Origin: a bacterium
GTDB lineage: Archaea > Thermoplasmatota > E2 > JACPAO01 > JAHFTW01
Direction: 5' to 3'
Assembly: GCA_040390065.1 (NCBI GenBank)
Contig: JAZJZE010000009.1
Coordinates: 1 to 64,000, forward strand
DNA: 64,000 nt
Shown: positions 1-9,471 of the stretch, one piece after another
Numbering within the stretch: the first letter of the stretch is position 1
Layout of the letters: each line of letters opens with the position of its first letter
Notes under the pieces: generated by a model
Database searches by the model: none
Told to the model about the DNA's origin: nothing
Seen by the model: the letters and a program-made list of their open reading frames with translations, nothing else
Program-made: the position numbers and the translations under genes

Positions 1-125
1 CGTGGGGCCGGAGCCTTGGAAAGGCGAAGGCCCCACTGCTTGATGATCGACCTTTTCTGAAGCTCGCGCGAGGGCCGCCGGAGGCCATCGCGTGCAGGCT
101 GCGACTTGTCTCGTATGGCCTGAGC

Positions 126-225
126 ATGGGCGGCCTCGGAGACCAGTGAAACCAATGAAACGCGTGAAACCCGATTCGTTGCCTCATGCGTTTCTTGGGG
201 TTCACTGTTTTTCCAGGCCGCCCAT
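126..225. repeat. Long imperfect palindrome built from 9-bp tandem units (REP-like hairpin)
   Basis: ATGGGCGGCC (126-135) is the perfect reverse complement of GGCCGCCCAT (216-225). Inside, units CCAGTGAAA/CCAATGAAA/CGCGTGAAA pair with TCATGCGTT/TCTTGGGGT/TCACTGTTT. Confidence 0.7.
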
Positions 226-241
226 ATTCGACGACGAGACC

Positions 242-305
242 AACCACTCAACGCAATGAATTCACTGAACGCGTCGCCTCCGTGACTTCAGTGGACTCAG
301 TGGTT
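242..305. repeat. Second 9-bp-unit hairpin (CACTGAA ... TTCAGTG family)
   Basis: CCACTCAAC GCAATGAAT TCACTGAAC ... TCAGTGGAC TCAGTGGTT; same design as 22021-22085. Confidence 0.6.
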
Positions 306-512
306 CCGAAGGGGCAGTACCCCGCCCGGGCGCCCCCTGGTCGGAGGCGCCGCCATCGGAGGCTCGCATGATCGGGCTCTGCCTGGACGATACGCCGTTG
401 CAGGCCGACGCGGCTTGCCACCCCTTGCAAAGCCACAATCGAGTTATTGCGAATAGCTTCGCATGTCGCGCTATTCAGGCAGCCAATTGCTGTTTCTGCA
501 CCTTTCCGCACG

Positions 513-529
513 GTATTAGAAGTTTATAT
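513..529 (+). repeat. 17-bp AT-rich direct repeat, copy 1 (GTATTAGAAGTTTATAT)
   Basis: Identical to 2274-2290. Confidence 0.85.
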
Positions 530-862
530 TGTGCATTTCATGGCCCTTCTGTTGAGCACGGCCCCGTGTCCACTTGCAGCAGTGGAACCACCGCTTCACT
601 TGGAACCCCTTATATCGTCCAAACCGTAGTCCGTGTTCCCGCGGGACCAGGCGCTTCGGCGCCACGGCTGGGAGGCCGAAACGGCCCCACGGACACAGTG
701 GGAGGCATCACATGGACAGCTTCGTCTGGATCCGTGTGGTCACGCCAGAATGGGAATACACAGAACGTGTCCCCGCATGACCACCCTCGTCCCCTTTTCC
801 TTCTTCCCCCCTCCCCTTCCCGCCACCGGCAACCCCAAGCCGACGGCCCCCGTGCCGACCGC

Positions 863-1234
863 ATGTATCCGTTCTCCGGGCGCATGCGCTGGCTGCTGGC
901 CGGACGTCACGCCCACGTCGTCCGCGCCTTCGAACTCCATCCGACGGCCGATTCCCTGGTGATGGAGCGAGTCGGAATGCTGCGCCGCTGGACCCGCGTC
1001 CACGCCGTCGTCGGCACGTTCCTGCTGTTCGGCCTCTTGGGCGCCGCCGCCACCACCTTGGCAAACCTGTTTCCGACGCTCGGCGGCGTCTGGTCCGTCA
1101 TCCGCGACGCGTCTGCCCTGATCGGCGGCCTCGCAGGCCTCCTCACCATCGTCTACCTCACGGTCACCCGACTTCTCGGCCAAATCGAGGCAGACATCCT
1201 CATGCTGATGCTCCAACGCAAGAAAACGCATTAG
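863..1234 (+). CDS. Small membrane protein, 2 predicted TM helices
   Basis: 3' part of ORF 368..1234 has host-like codon usage and two hydrophobic stretches. Start uncertain (863, 884 or later). Confidence 0.6.
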   Translation: MYPFSGRMRWLLAGRHAHVVRAFELHPTADSLVMERVGMLRRWTRVHAVVGTFLLFGLLGAAATTLANLFPTLGGVWSVIRDASALIGGLAGLLTIVYLTVTRLLGQIEADILMLMLQRKKTH

Positions 1235-1360
1235 CGCAACTATGTGGCCAATAAACGCCTTTTCACGATTGATTTGCGCTGTGCGAATCCTGGCTAAGCC
1301 ACCTTGGCCCAGCAACACAGGTGATGGACGGGAACCCGACCATCACGGCGTTGTTTGTAA

Positions 1361-2203
1361 TCAGATTCCCGCGGGCTCGGCGTTGTTTGTTAGCAGACGG
1401 CGGCGGCTTTCGGCCTTGGCCGGGCTGTCGCGGGCGATTTTCTCCTGGGCGGCGAGGAATTCCGGCTTTCCGACGATGGCTGGATGGGTCTCCCAATTGA
1501 TTGCAAGATCCCATTGGGTGGCCCCCGCGTAGGTCGGGTTGGCCAGGATGTGGGCGACGTTCCACCGGGTCCACGGTTTGCCAGACCGGGTCCTCGACCC
1601 CGATTCATTGAGTTTCTGCGCAATATCATTTCTCGTTTCGTTATTGAGATAAGACGAGAATATGGTGCGCACAGTCGCAATTTCCGCGTCGACTGGTTCC
1701 AGGCCCCCCACGTGACCATATGTGTAGCCGAACGGGGCGGGTTTTCCGAGGCCGCCGGCCCTGGTCTTGGCCTTCTGCTCCATGCCGACGTAGGTGCGCT
1801 CGCCGATCTGGTCGGACTCGAGCTGCGCGATGCGTTGGATGATGTCCATGACGAAGCGACCCATGGCCGTCGACGTATCCAGGCTCTCCGTGACGCTCGC
1901 GAACTCCTTGTTCTCCTTGCGCAGCTGGTCCATCATGGCCATGAAGTTGCGGCTGTTGCGGTGGATCCTGTCCATCTTCAGGACCAGGAGAGTGTCCCAT
2001 TTGCCGCGCTCCTCCATCATGCGCATGTACTGCGGCCGCTTCGTGGTCCGCCCGGAGTGGCCTTCGTCGATGTACTCTCCAGCGACGTCCCAGCCCTGGG
2101 CTTTCGCGTAGAATCGGAGGCGGTCGAGCTGCGCGTCGAGGCTGAAGCCTTCCTTCGCCTGGTCCTCCGTCGACACCCGGGTGTACAGGGCGACGCGGAC
2201 CAC
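1361..2203 (-). CDS. Serine recombinase (resolvase catalytic domain + recombinase DNA-binding domain, no zinc ribbon)
   Basis: YTRVSTEDQ catalytic motif, DRIHR, DTSTAMGR, PFGY, WTRWNVAHILANPTYAG, HPAIV. Confidence 0.92.
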   Translation of the reverse strand: MVRVALYTRVSTEDQAKEGFSLDAQLDRLRFYAKAQGWDVAGEYIDEGHSGRTTKRPQYMRMMEERGKWDTLLVLKMDRIHRNSRNFMAMMDQLRKENKEFASVTESLDTSTAMGRFVMDIIQRIAQLESDQIGERTYVGMEQKAKTRAGGLGKPAPFGYTYGHVGGLEPVDAEIATVRTIFSSYLNNETRNDIAQKLNESGSRTRSGKPWTRWNVAHILANPTYAGATQWDLAINWETHPAIVGKPEFLAAQEKIARDSPAKAESRRRLLTNNAEPAGI

Positions 2204-2265
2204 GTGGGGACATTCCGCGAATGGCCCACTTGAACACCGCGGATTCAGCTCAAGGGAATGTAAGA

Positions 2266-2293
2266 TTCATATAGTATTAGAAGTTTATATGAA
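2266..2293. other. 28-bp imperfect palindrome containing direct-repeat copy 2; candidate recombinase site
   Basis: TTCATATA-GTATTAGAAGTT-TATATGAA, about 60 bp upstream of the recombinase start. Confidence 0.55.
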
Positions 2294-2337
2294 GACCCAT
2301 GCATTATCGTATATTGCAAGCCAACATCTGACAATCG

Positions 2338-2976
2338 TTAAACCTGCACTAATTTCTGTTTAACACGGAATGTACTGAAATGTGCAGCTGCGTGGTCGAC
2401 GGCCCAGCTTGTCGCGGCGCGCATGTCTACGGTCGCGCCCTCCGCGACGAGGCTGGTCATCACGGAGGCCCCGAGGCCGCATGGATCGATGCGTTCGAAC
2501 TCGCGCAGGTCGAGGTCCACGTTGACGGCGATGCCGTGCGTGCTCACCCAATGCTGCACCGCGATCCCGATGCTTGCGATCTTCTTCCCCGACCTGTCGG
2601 TCCACACGCCGGGCGAGTCAAGACGCGGATGGGCAACCACGCCGAAGCGGGCAAGCAAGTCGACGACGAACGCTTCGAGATGCTGCACCCAGGCGCGCAC
2701 GTCGCGGTTGCCCTCGCCGAGGTGCACGATGGGATAGACGACGAGCTGGCCCGGCCCGTGGTACGTGGCCTTGCCGCCGCGTTCGATCGTGAAAACGGGC
2801 AGCGTTGCATCGAAGACCTCGGATGGCTGGCCGCGACGGCCAAGTGTGGCGACCGGGGGATGTTCCACGACGAGGATGGTGTCCTCACCGCGCCCGGCGA
2901 TGCGCTCGTCACGCAGGCGATGCTGCAAGGCCAGGCACTCCCCGTATTCCATGCGGCCGAGGTCGAGCACCTTCAC
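2338..2976 (-). CDS. lipB: Lipoyl(octanoyl) transferase
   Basis: EHPPVATLG, RGGKATYHGPGQL, KIASIG, HGIAVN, PCG motifs. Confidence 0.92.
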   Translation of the reverse strand: MKVLDLGRMEYGECLALQHRLRDERIAGRGEDTILVVEHPPVATLGRRGQPSEVFDATLPVFTIERGGKATYHGPGQLVVYPIVHLGEGNRDVRAWVQHLEAFVVDLLARFGVVAHPRLDSPGVWTDRSGKKIASIGIAVQHWVSTHGIAVNVDLDLREFERIDPCGLGASVMTSLVAEGATVDMRAATSWAVDHAAAHFSTFRVKQKLVQV

Positions 2977-3590
2977 TTGCGTCGCCTCGCTGCGGCCACG
3001 GCCACCAGGATGGCACCCGCGCCGAGCGCAACACCTGCCGCATCCCCGCCTTGCGTCGGTGTCGTCACCGGAGGCGGGAGCCCGGGCGGGGGCGGCGCCA
3101 GACCCGGCGTTCCGGGGGGCATGGGCGATGTGACGGGGGGCGGGAGCCCTGGCGGGGGCGGCGGCAGACCCGGCGTCAGCGTCGGGGGAGGCGTCCCGGG
3201 CGGCGTGGCGGGCGGGGGCGGCGCGGCCGGGGCCGTCCAGTTGTAGACGATGTCCGGCGCGCGGCCATCGACCTGGACCGCGTAGTACACTGTCTCGTTT
3301 GGAGCCAAGGCGGGAAGTGCGGCGGAGTGCGAGCCGTTACCGGACGAGGAGGGCCCGTACGACGGCAGCGTGCCGGCCGCTTCACCCCCCCAGACAATGC
3401 GGCTCGTCGTGTTGGCATCGCCGCCGTCGATGGTCCACGACAGCGTCCGGTGCCAGGCGCCGTCCGCGAAATGGTACGGCGAGGGTGAAACGTCCGTGAC
3501 GTGCGCGGCGGCCGCGGAAACTGGTACCGGGTTGAGGGTGCCGACCGCGAAGGCGACTAGCAGGACGCCTCCCAGCCGCACCATGGGCAT
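2973..3590 (-). CDS. Secreted protein with FN3-like domain, Pro-rich repeat linker and C-terminal TM + basic tail
   Basis: Signal-like N-terminus; duplicated PGL(A/P)PPPPGLPPPVT; ends GVALGAGAILVAVAAARRRK; overlaps the lipB start. Confidence 0.75.
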   Translation of the reverse strand: MPMVRLGGVLLVAFAVGTLNPVPVSAAAAHVTDVSPSPYHFADGAWHRTLSWTIDGGDANTTSRIVWGGEAAGTLPSYGPSSSGNGSHSAALPALAPNETVYYAVQVDGRAPDIVYNWTAPAAPPPPATPPGTPPPTLTPGLPPPPPGLPPPVTSPMPPGTPGLAPPPPGLPPPVTTPTQGGDAAGVALGAGAILVAVAAARRRK

Positions 3591-3705
3591 GCCAGCACGA
3601 GGGCAAGCATAGACCTGCCGCCAACCGCTCGACGCGGCGGTCCCCTTGCGCACAGGCCAGCGCCTGTCCGACGGGGTCCAGATAGGGTCACTCCATGGCG
3701 GACAC

Positions 3706-4035
3706 ATGCGCCTTTCCACGCTCGCGATTGGATGCCTAGCCCTGGCCGCATGGCTGGCCGTCGTGCCGAACGCAACCGCCCATACCCATGACTGCTCGAA
3801 CCAGGTTGACACCCACTGCAGCATGTGGGACTGCGGGAACCCGAATTGGAAGCAGTGCGATGCCTACTGCACGGAGCATCAGAACGACCACCCCCCACCT
3901 TGCAACTGGTGGAACTGCGACGTCTTCCTGCAACCTGGCAACGGATACCTTTGCCTGTGGCCCATTACCGGGCAGCACGACCTGCTGTGCGAAGGCCCGC
4001 AGCCGCAAGTGGAGGCGCTCTGCCAGCCGTTCTAG
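3706..4035 (+). CDS. Small secreted Cys/Trp-rich protein
   Basis: Signal peptide ending ATA-H, then about 85 aa with 10 Cys. Confidence 0.7.
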   Translation: MRLSTLAIGCLALAAWLAVVPNATAHTHDCSNQVDTHCSMWDCGNPNWKQCDAYCTEHQNDHPPPCNWWNCDVFLQPGNGYLCLWPITGQHDLLCEGPQPQVEALCQPF

Positions 4036-4070
4036 TCCGCATCATGGGGCTTCGCCGACCCCGCCGCCGT

Positions 4071-5078
4071 TTACCAGTCAGTCGTCGCCGGCCGGAGCAG
4101 CCGCACCAGGAGCGCCATCTGCACCCACATGCGGTTCTCGGCTTCGTCGTAGATGACGGAGCGCGGCCCGTGGGCGAGGTCGTACGTCGCCTCTTGGCCC
4201 CAGTGGCCTGGAAGGCAGTGCAGGAAGATGGCGCCGGGGGCGGCGAGCGTCGCCAGCATCTCTTCTGTCAGGGTGTACCCGGCGAACGCCTTCGTGCGCT
4301 GCAGCTCCTCTGCCTCGTCGCCCATGGATACCCACGTGTCGGTCGCCACGGCGTCGGCGCCCTTCACGGCGAGTTCTGGCTTGCGGTGGAAGGAGATGCG
4401 AGTCCCGGCAGCCTCGGCGAGGGCCTTCGCGCGTTCCACGATCTCGGGGTCCGCGTCGTAGCCCTTCGGTGTTGCGACTTGGATGTGCATGCCTACCATG
4501 GGCGCGGCCAGCAGGTAGCTGTGCAGCATGTTGTTGCCGTCGCCGACATAGGCGAACGTCTTGCCTGCGAGGTCGCCGAGGTGTTCACGCAGCGTCAACC
4601 AGTCCGCCAGGATCTGGCACGGGTGCTCGACGTCGGTGAGGGCGTTGACGACGGGGACGGTGGCGTAGCGTGCCAGCGCCTCGAGGCTGGCATGGCTCTT
4701 GGCGCGGTACACGAGCGCGTGGCCGTACCGCGACAGCACCTGCGCCGTGTCTTCGATGGATTCGCCGCGCGACAGTTGGCTGGTCTGCGCGTCGAGGTTG
4801 ATGGCGATGCCGCCAAGCCGCTGCACGCCGACTTCGAAGCTGACGCGGGTGCGCGTCGAGTTCTTCTCGTACACCATGAGGACGGCTTTGCCCGCAAGCA
4901 GGGGCGGCAGGGGTCCGCGTGCGGCTTGCGCCTTGAGGTCCGCGGCTTCACGCAGGACTTCGTCAAGGTACGGCGCGACGTCCATCATGCCAAGGACGGC
5001 GCGGGCCCCGGGCACGGGGGTGGGCGCGGGGGCCGAGGGCGGTTCGGTGTGGATGGTTTCGATGCGGGTCTTGCTCAT
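4071..5078 (-). CDS. argF: Ornithine carbamoyltransferase
   Basis: STRTR, HPCQILAD, GDGNN, SMG, HCLP; ATG overlaps the argH stop. Confidence 0.95.
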   Translation of the reverse strand: MSKTRIETIHTEPPSAPAPTPVPGARAVLGMMDVAPYLDEVLREAADLKAQAARGPLPPLLAGKAVLMVYEKNSTRTRVSFEVGVQRLGGIAINLDAQTSQLSRGESIEDTAQVLSRYGHALVYRAKSHASLEALARYATVPVVNALTDVEHPCQILADWLTLREHLGDLAGKTFAYVGDGNNMLHSYLLAAPMVGMHIQVATPKGYDADPEIVERAKALAEAAGTRISFHRKPELAVKGADAVATDTWVSMGDEAEELQRTKAFAGYTLTEEMLATLAAPGAIFLHCLPGHWGQEATYDLAHGPRSVIYDEAENRMWVQMALLVRLLRPATTDW

Positions 5079-6541
5079 CGTGGGGTCTCCAAGAGTTGCG
5101 GGATTGGACGGGTGAGGAGGTCGAGCGGGCGTTCGGCTGCCTTCTGGGCGGCGGCCACCATGGACGCCAAGTCCACGGCCCGTGAGGAGAGGCCGCGCAG
5201 CGTGGCCGCGACGGCTGACGGGGCGGGCCCTCCGACCGTTGCCCGACGCGACGGGTCGGGCTGCAGGACGGCGAGGACGGCCTCCGTGGCCGCGCGGTCG
5301 AGTCCGACGGCCTGGACGGCGTCCTGGAGAGAAGATCCCGCTTCGACCTTTGCGTAGGCGCGCGCGGACGCGTCGTAGGCTGTGCGGAATGGCATGCCGG
5401 TGCGCACGAGAGCCTCCGCCACATCGGTCGCCAGGATGCCGGGCTTGGCCCACTCGGCCGCAGCGGCGCGCGCGTCGTACGTCATGCCTTCGACCAGTGG
5501 TGCAAGCAGGTCAGCCGTGGTGACGGCGTCGGCGAGGGCGTCCACGAGGTACGGTTTGGTGAGTTGGAAGTCGCGTTGGTAGCCGAGGCCGAGGCCCCCG
5601 ACGATGGCGGAGACGGCCGCGAGCGGGCCTGCGAGCCCCTTGCCGCGTCCGCGTGCCAACTCGAGGGCGTCGGGGTTGCGCTTCTGCGGCATGAGGCTGG
5701 AGCCCGTCGTGTAGCCCGGCGGCAGTTTGAGCGCGCCCGATGCAAACAGGTCCAACAAGTCTTGGGCGAGGCCCGCGAGGACGATGCCCGCGTGGGCGCA
5801 GGCCTCGCACGTGCGCAGGACTGAGTCCCGCGTGCCGGTGGCGAGGATTGCGCTGCGCGGAGGTCGCAGGCCGAGCAACCGCGCCGTGAACGCCGGGTCG
5901 ATCGGCAGGGTGGAGCCGGCGACGGCGCCGCAGCCGAGTGGCGATTCGCCGACGTCGTCGAAGGCGGCCAACGCGAGTGCGGCGGCGTCCTGCAGGCGCG
6001 CCGCGTGGGCGGCCAGGAGGAATCCTAGAGTGGCGGGCTGCGCCGGTTGGCCGTGCGTGCGTGCGACCCACGGTGTCGCCGTATGCGTCGCCGCCTGGTG
6101 GGCCAGGGCGTTGGACAAGGCCAGCAAGCCTTGGGCCAACTGGGCCAGGCCGGCCCGCGCGTGCAGGACGATGCAAGTCGCGACCTGGTCGTTGCGGCTG
6201 CGCCCCGTGTGCAGCTTGCGGCCCGTGTCGCCGAGGGCGACGGTGAGGCGCGCCTCGATGTTCATGTGCAGGTCTTCGAGGTCCGCCTTGAGGCTGAATG
6301 TCCCGGCCTCGTGGTCGAGCAGGATTGCCCGCAGGCCGGCAAGCAGTTGTGCTGCCTCCTCGGCCGTGACGAGGCCCGCGCTGCGCAGGCCCACGACGTG
6401 CGCGCTCGATCCGGCGAGGTCATGGATGACGAACGGCCGGTCTTCGTCGACCGTCTGCGAATACGCGAGGAGGTCCGGGTGCAAGCCGGAGCCCGTGCGG
6501 GCCTGCCAGAACGGCTGGCCGGGGTTCTGCGGTGTGCTCAT
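5075..6541 (-). CDS. argH: Argininosuccinate lyase
   Basis: EDLHMNIE, HTGRSRNDQ, THGQPAQP, GSSLMPQKRNPD. Confidence 0.93.
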   Translation of the reverse strand: MSTPQNPGQPFWQARTGSGLHPDLLAYSQTVDEDRPFVIHDLAGSSAHVVGLRSAGLVTAEEAAQLLAGLRAILLDHEAGTFSLKADLEDLHMNIEARLTVALGDTGRKLHTGRSRNDQVATCIVLHARAGLAQLAQGLLALSNALAHQAATHTATPWVARTHGQPAQPATLGFLLAAHAARLQDAAALALAAFDDVGESPLGCGAVAGSTLPIDPAFTARLLGLRPPRSAILATGTRDSVLRTCEACAHAGIVLAGLAQDLLDLFASGALKLPPGYTTGSSLMPQKRNPDALELARGRGKGLAGPLAAVSAIVGGLGLGYQRDFQLTKPYLVDALADAVTTADLLAPLVEGMTYDARAAAAEWAKPGILATDVAEALVRTGMPFRTAYDASARAYAKVEAGSSLQDAVQAVGLDRAATEAVLAVLQPDPSRRATVGGPAPSAVAATLRGLSSRAVDLASMVAAAQKAAERPLDLLTRPIPQLLETPR

Positions 6542-7851
6542 TTCTTGGCCTTCACCACGACGCGGGCCTTGCTGGTTTTCTTGCCGTTGGCGATGCTGGC
6601 TTCAATCGTCTTCTGGCCCGTCAGGCGGCCGGCGGCTTGGCCGGAGCGCACAGCGTTGGCGGTCTCCGTCGGCAGGCTCCAGATCTCGATGAAACCCTCC
6701 GAGGCATGGTGGTTGAAGGAGTCCTTCGTCCCGTACGTGGCGAGGTTGTCCTTGAACAGGCTGAGTGGGCTGGTGCGACCGAGGACCGACAGTCCGCCCT
6801 TGTAGGCTTGGACCTTCACGGTGCCGCTGACGTTGCGCTGGATGGTGTCGATGGCGGCGCGGATGGCGAGCATCACTGGCGCATACCACTGGCCGTCGTA
6901 GACGTTCTCGGCGAACTTCTGTTCGAGGAAGGGCTTGAGCTTCATCTCCTCCTTCGTGAGCGTCAAGGCTTCGAGGGCCTTCTTGGCGAACAGGACCGTC
7001 ATTGCGGCGGGAGCTTCGTAGACTTCGCGGCTCTTGATGCCGATGAGGCGGTTCTCGACATGGTCGATGCGGCCGATGCCGTGGGCGCCGGCCAGCGTGT
7101 TGAGCTGGGCTACGAGGTCCCAGAGGGGGAGTGCCTTGCCGTTCAGCTTGACGGGGATGCCGGCCTGGAAGGTGAGCTCGATCGTGCCGGGCGTGTTGGG
7201 CGCGTCGCGCGGGTTCGTGGTCCAGGTGAAGGCGTCGTTGTGCGGCGCGTACGCCGGGTCCTCGGTGTCGCCGCCCTCGATGCTGCGGCCCCACAGGTTC
7301 TCGTCCGTCGAGTACGTGCCATGAGGGGAGGATGACTGGCGCTTGAGCTGCGGGATCTCCAGGTCGTACTTCTTGGCGTACTCGACGGTGGCCACGCGCG
7401 TCATCGGGTGCGTGCGCTGGGGGGCAAGGCAGACGAGGCCGGGCATGAGGGCCTTGACGCCGGCCTCGATGCGGACCTGGTCGTTGCCCTTGCCGGTGCA
7501 GCCGTGGGCAACGGCGTCGCCGCCGGCCAGTTGCACGGCTTCGACGAGCTTCTTCGCGATGAGGGGGCGGCCGATTGCGGTCGCCATGGGGTAGACGCCC
7601 TCGTACATCGCGTTGGCGCGGATCGAAGGCGCCAGGAAGTCGTTGCAGAACTCCTGCGCCGCTGGCAGGATGATGCAATCCTCGGCGCCGTTGGCAAGGG
7701 CGCGCGCCTTGGCCTCGGCGAGCTGGGCCTTCCCTTGTCCGAGGTCGAGCATGGCCGCCGTCACCTTGGCGTTGTGGTTCTTCTTCAGCCAGTGGATCAT
7801 GACGCTGGTGTCGAGGCCGCCGGAATAGGCGAGGACGATGTGCTTGGGCAC
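6538..7851 (-). CDS. argG: Argininosuccinate synthase
   Basis: AYSGGLDTS, HGCTGKGNDQVR, DENLWGRSIE, ENRLIGIKSREVYE; GTG start. Confidence 0.96.
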   Translation of the reverse strand: MPKHIVLAYSGGLDTSVMIHWLKKNHNAKVTAAMLDLGQGKAQLAEAKARALANGAEDCIILPAAQEFCNDFLAPSIRANAMYEGVYPMATAIGRPLIAKKLVEAVQLAGGDAVAHGCTGKGNDQVRIEAGVKALMPGLVCLAPQRTHPMTRVATVEYAKKYDLEIPQLKRQSSSPHGTYSTDENLWGRSIEGGDTEDPAYAPHNDAFTWTTNPRDAPNTPGTIELTFQAGIPVKLNGKALPLWDLVAQLNTLAGAHGIGRIDHVENRLIGIKSREVYEAPAAMTVLFAKKALEALTLTKEEMKLKPFLEQKFAENVYDGQWYAPVMLAIRAAIDTIQRNVSGTVKVQAYKGGLSVLGRTSPLSLFKDNLATYGTKDSFNHHASEGFIEIWSLPTETANAVRSGQAAGRLTGQKTIEASIANGKKTSKARVVVKAKK

Positions 7852-7904
7852 GAAGCGAAATCCTCGGAGGACGCACTTAAGGCGCGCGGCGAATTGTCGC
7901 CATC

Positions 7905-7933
7905 ATTGGGCACGCATGTCTAAAATGGGACAT
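7905..7933. promoter_or_regulatory. Putative arginine-regulon operator, copy 1
   Basis: ATTGGGCACGCATGTCTAAAATGGGACAT, 22/29 identical to 13840-13868; palindromic core ATGTC-N8-GACAT. Confidence 0.65.
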
Positions 7934-7947
7934 CGCGTGTGGAAGGC

Positions 7948-8616
7948 ATGGCGAAGAAGGCCAAGTCGCCGGCCGCGGGATCCGTTGCGCAACAGGTGCG
8001 CGCCTACATCGACGGGAGGCCGGTCGTGCGCGACGCCCTGGCCATGGACATCGTCAACCTGTCCGCCTTGACGCGGCGCATCCGCGACGAGACCGGACTG
8101 GGTTCCGAGGAGGCCGTGCTGGTCGCCTGCCGCCGGTACGTGCCGCGCAACGCTTCGCCGGACTACCAGGCCGCCATCCGGAAGGTACTGGACAAGTCGA
8201 AGCTGGAGGTGCGCACACGCATGGCGGTGCTCACGGCGCACCCTTCGTGGAAGCTTTTCGGGCGCCTCGAGAAGGCCATGAACCAGGCGGGCGGACGCAG
8301 CCACCCGATCCATGTCCTGCATGGCAGCGAGTCGATTACCATCATCACCGACGAGACCCTTCTCGGCGAGATGCAGGAGATCCTCGGCACCGAGGACCTC
8401 ATCAAGGTGCGGCGCGGCCTCGTCGAGCTGAACATCCGCAGCCCCGACTCCGTCGAGGACGTCCCCGGCACGCTCGCGTTCCTGGCGTCGAGCCTGTCCA
8501 GCAAGGGCATCAACTTCATCGAGGTCATCAGTTGCTACAAGGACAACATGTTCCTGATCGAGGAGGACGACCTGTTCGCGGCGTTCCAGGCCCTGAACGG
8601 GCTCATCAAGACCTGA
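7948..8616 (+). CDS. Archaeal ACT-domain protein with N-terminal putative helix-turn-helix; candidate arginine regulator
   Basis: N-terminal IVNLSALTRRI...EAVLVACRRY and C-terminal ACT (PGTLAFLASSLSSKGINFIEVIS); divergent from argG. Confidence 0.8.
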   Translation: MAKKAKSPAAGSVAQQVRAYIDGRPVVRDALAMDIVNLSALTRRIRDETGLGSEEAVLVACRRYVPRNASPDYQAAIRKVLDKSKLEVRTRMAVLTAHPSWKLFGRLEKAMNQAGGRSHPIHVLHGSESITIITDETLLGEMQEILGTEDLIKVRRGLVELNIRSPDSVEDVPGTLAFLASSLSSKGINFIEVISCYKDNMFLIEEDDLFAAFQALNGLIKT

Positions 8617-9367
8617 CGCCCACGCGTCCATGGGAGGTCGGCCTGGCCTTGCGCCGGACGGCAGGCTGCCGCGTCTTGCGAGGTGGCGTTGGTCCCGGTC
8701 TCGCCTCCAGACGCTCGTCAAGAGGGACGCTCGGCGGGTTGGGGCCATGCTGTCGCAGCAAGCGCGTGGCCAGGAGGATGAACCAGGCAGCGATCAGGCC
8801 GACCAGGAGGCGCTGCGCGAGGGCGGCCGCGGCCCATCGAGCCGCCGTGCAGGACACGTAGGCCAACGCCGAACATGACACGCCGATGCCCATGACGAGG
8901 GAAGGACGGGCAAACGGCCGCCAAGCCGCGCAACTGCGAAAGGCGGGCACGAGGACGACCATCGCGGCGCCTGACAAGGCGAACGTGGGCGGGCCGACGC
9001 GTTCGTGGATGGTTCCCGGCAACGACGGCCGCCCGGCGTCTCGGTCGACGGGGCAGGCGGCCATGACGACGGCACCGATGCCGGCAAGCCAGAGCATGGC
9101 GAGACCGGCGCGCTGCCACCCGGAACGGGCCAACTGCGGACGCAAGGCGAAGGTGAGGAGCGCGCCGCCGACTGCGAAGCCCAGGAGCGCGATGGCCCAG
9201 AGGAGCCAGAAGCGCGTGTTGGCGAATTCGCTCATGTGCCAGGGCTCGTGCGCGAGGGAGGTGGCATGGAGTGCGACGACGGCCAGGACGAAGGCGGCCA
9301 CTCCGGCCAGACCCGCGACGGCCAAGCCGCGAAACGGCGCATGGTTGGCGTCTTGGCTCTGCGGCAT
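8606..9367 (-). CDS. DUF998-like multi-pass membrane protein
   Basis: About 6 TM helices; MSE, PVD...GTIH and QR motifs resemble DUF998. Confidence 0.65.
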   Translation of the reverse strand: MPQSQDANHAPFRGLAVAGLAGVAAFVLAVVALHATSLAHEPWHMSEFANTRFWLLWAIALLGFAVGGALLTFALRPQLARSGWQRAGLAMLWLAGIGAVVMAACPVDRDAGRPSLPGTIHERVGPPTFALSGAAMVVLVPAFRSCAAWRPFARPSLVMGIGVSCSALAYVSCTAARWAAAALAQRLLVGLIAAWFILLATRLLRQHGPNPPSVPLDERLEARPGPTPPRKTRQPAVRRKARPTSHGRVGVRS

Positions 9368-9471
9368 GCAGGCGTTCTTCGGACGGCCGGGTATTAAGCG
9401 GTCCCGTCGCCGTCAAACATGCCGCCCGCGGAAACGGCTGCGCCAAGGCGTCCGGCTGGGGAAAGCCGCGC

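Noticed and set aside
126-305. Possible CRISPR array
   Set aside because: The units are 9 bp, adjacent, without unique spacers, and no cas genes are in the window.
3060-3230. Tandem DNA repeat
   Set aside because: Explained by the duplicated Pro-rich protein linker of the 2973-3590 gene.
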